Below, in pieces: positions 61,971 through 64,000 of a DNA stretch of 64,000 nt (within the stretch, counting starts at the first letter, position 1; each line of letters starts with the position of its first letter). A program made the translations under genes and the position numbers. Source of the stretch: Paragordius varius (taxonomy: Eukaryota; Animalia; Nematomorpha); NCBI GenBank assembly GCA_964247055.1, contig OZ176059.1:372001-436000 (forward strand), in the 5' to 3' direction. Below the pieces are notes generated by a model. It was not told where the DNA came from. It made no database searches and worked only from the letters and a program-made list of their open reading frames with translations.

Positions 61971-64000
61971 TTTTTAGCAAATATTTCTGTAAATTTTAAA
62001 TTTTTCATCGATAGATATACTATAATGAACAAAACATATTATTCGATTCAATAATATGCATCCGAATTAATCTTAACAAAATATGTATTCTTTTAATTTA
62101 ATTTTTTAACGCTTTTGCACTATAAAACCACCCTTTATATTAATAGACACCAATTTTGTATACCGTGACTTAGATTTTGACTTATGCAGTGTCTAATATT
62201 AAAAAATATCGGTTTGTTGCATTTTAATATTGTATATCATGGCTTTATACCTGATAAATTAGTTTTATATTAATATGAAGAAAAAACTTGTAGACCCAAT
62301 TTTATATCATAAAGTAATTTTTATAGTAATATTTGACCATAATTTAAGTTGGGGGTTATACGTTGGAATTCATGGACCTGTTTTTAGCATATTAAAAAAC
62401 ACATTTTTGCACTTAAATTTATTATCATTATCGCTAACAAGTTCTTTTTTTTATTAGATCACTAAATGGTGCTCTTATATGAAAATGCCTCGATTAAAAA
62501 CCTACGACTTTATTTTAATAGGAAAGCGTGTGGCTAAACTATTAAAGTCTTAGCTAATGGTTTATTAATTTATATTAGTTATTTTAAATTAGGTATGATA
62601 AAATTCCTCTATAAAATTTATTTTGTAGCTATAAACTCATACCAGTTAAAATTTAAGATATATAATAAATACGCTGACAAAAATATGTATTCAATTATTA
62701 CAGATATAATTTGTCAGTTCGGGTCAATTTTTGGTAATGTTGTTATGTTATCCTCTTTTAGAAAATATTATCGATAAGATGGAAACAAACTATTTATAAA
62801 GACGCAAATTATAGATAATAGTAGATAATATGCTGGTTTTTACTAATTAACTTTTATATTATAAAACAGCTAATATCCAAATTTAGACTTTTGCTCATAT
62901 AGAAATTTTTTATTATGTGGCTTGGCAAATGGTTTAATAGTTTTTTGCTTTGCAAAATGGCTTAAGTGCACATTAAAAATATCTTTATATGTTCTAATAG
63001 ATAAATGCATTAGAATTCTCATGTTGCTTTTGGTTTAAGGCCCTACGAGTCATATAAGAAAGTTATAATTTGGTGGTTTTAATATCAGAAAATGGCAAAA
63101 TTTGAGCATATTTTGTTAGATGTGTGCGGACTTCAAGAATCTAAAATTTAAGATGTCTTTAAAAATGTAAAACCTTTTTTACTAAAATTAAATGATGCTG
63201 ATTTTTATCAAGCCAGATATTTGATTAAAAAATTTGTAGGCATACAAATTCAAGTGATATAGATGGATATGTTTAGCATCTTGATTTTTAAAATATCTTA
63301 AAGCGATTTCTGCCGTTTTCCATGCTCTCCAAAATAAAAATTTTGCTAAAAATTGAAGAAGTATGCATTTTTGAGACATTTTTTTCATACTTTAGCATAT
63401 AAACTGCTTTCAAAATCGGAGGGTTTGAAATATATTCTGATGTTAAATTTTTGATAAGAAAACTCAGGATTAATTTGGTGCTCTTGTTTTTGGCCTTTAC
63501 GAGTGTTTTAAGATGTTATTTGCATTTGTGTAAGTGCTCCATATCAAAAAATGGCAACATATTTTTTAAAATTTCTTGAAAACTAAATGCTTCATTCCAA
63601 AAATTATCATTTAAATACATCTTAACTACATATAAAAAGCAAAACAATATAAATAAATTAATTTTTAGATGTGAGGTCCGAAAGTCTTAACTATTCTCGC
63701 CCTTTTAAAATGGGTCAGTTCTCCTAAAATAATTGTATGCTGAGATTGTGTGAATTCAAGTATATGCTAAATTTTAACATCGAAAAAATATATTTTTAAA
63801 AATATACTTATTTATATAGATTAGAATTTTTAACAAAATTTTGTTGAAGCAAACACCATACAATTTTGATATAAGCTATTAACGTTTTTTCTATTAAATT
63901 TGATAGTGCGCACAATATAAATTTTAAATGCTTATGATAAATTATTGTAAACACACAATTTATATTTAACATAAATTTGAAGACGCACGAATATTTTAAT

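Noticed and set aside
62275-62990. Possible MFS-transporter-like exons (WGLYVGIHGPVFSIL; ICQFGSIFGNVV)
   Set aside because: I could not build a frame-consistent splice path, and hydrophobic ORFs arise easily in T-rich DNA.

Overview
Very AT-rich eukaryotic (animal-like) genomic DNA; the organism cannot be named from sequence alone. Two genes can be rebuilt exon by exon on the + strand. ZNHIT1/Vps71 (9512-11477, 6 exons) contains an obligatory AT-AC minor-spliceosome (U12-type) intron. COG7 (about 15885-43159, about 18 exons) has introns that are either 30-40 nt or kilobases long. There is also a probable minus-strand gene end converging on COG7 and a GC-rich orphan exon at 60943-61271. Most remaining sequence is palindromic transposon material. 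This includes a set of foldback-like elements that share a TA|CCATTT terminus and 21-bp subterminal tandem units (four unit types A-D), Tc1/mariner-type and hAT-type MITEs, two Ty3/Gypsy remnants that are both arranged as inverted pairs inside COG7 introns, a truncated RTE LINE, a ~155/310-bp tandem array and a degenerate tRNA-like sequence. The heptad-repeat ORFs in the supplied track are artefacts of the 21-bp units. All alignments and protein comparisons were done by eye or from memory, and repeat boundaries are approximate.
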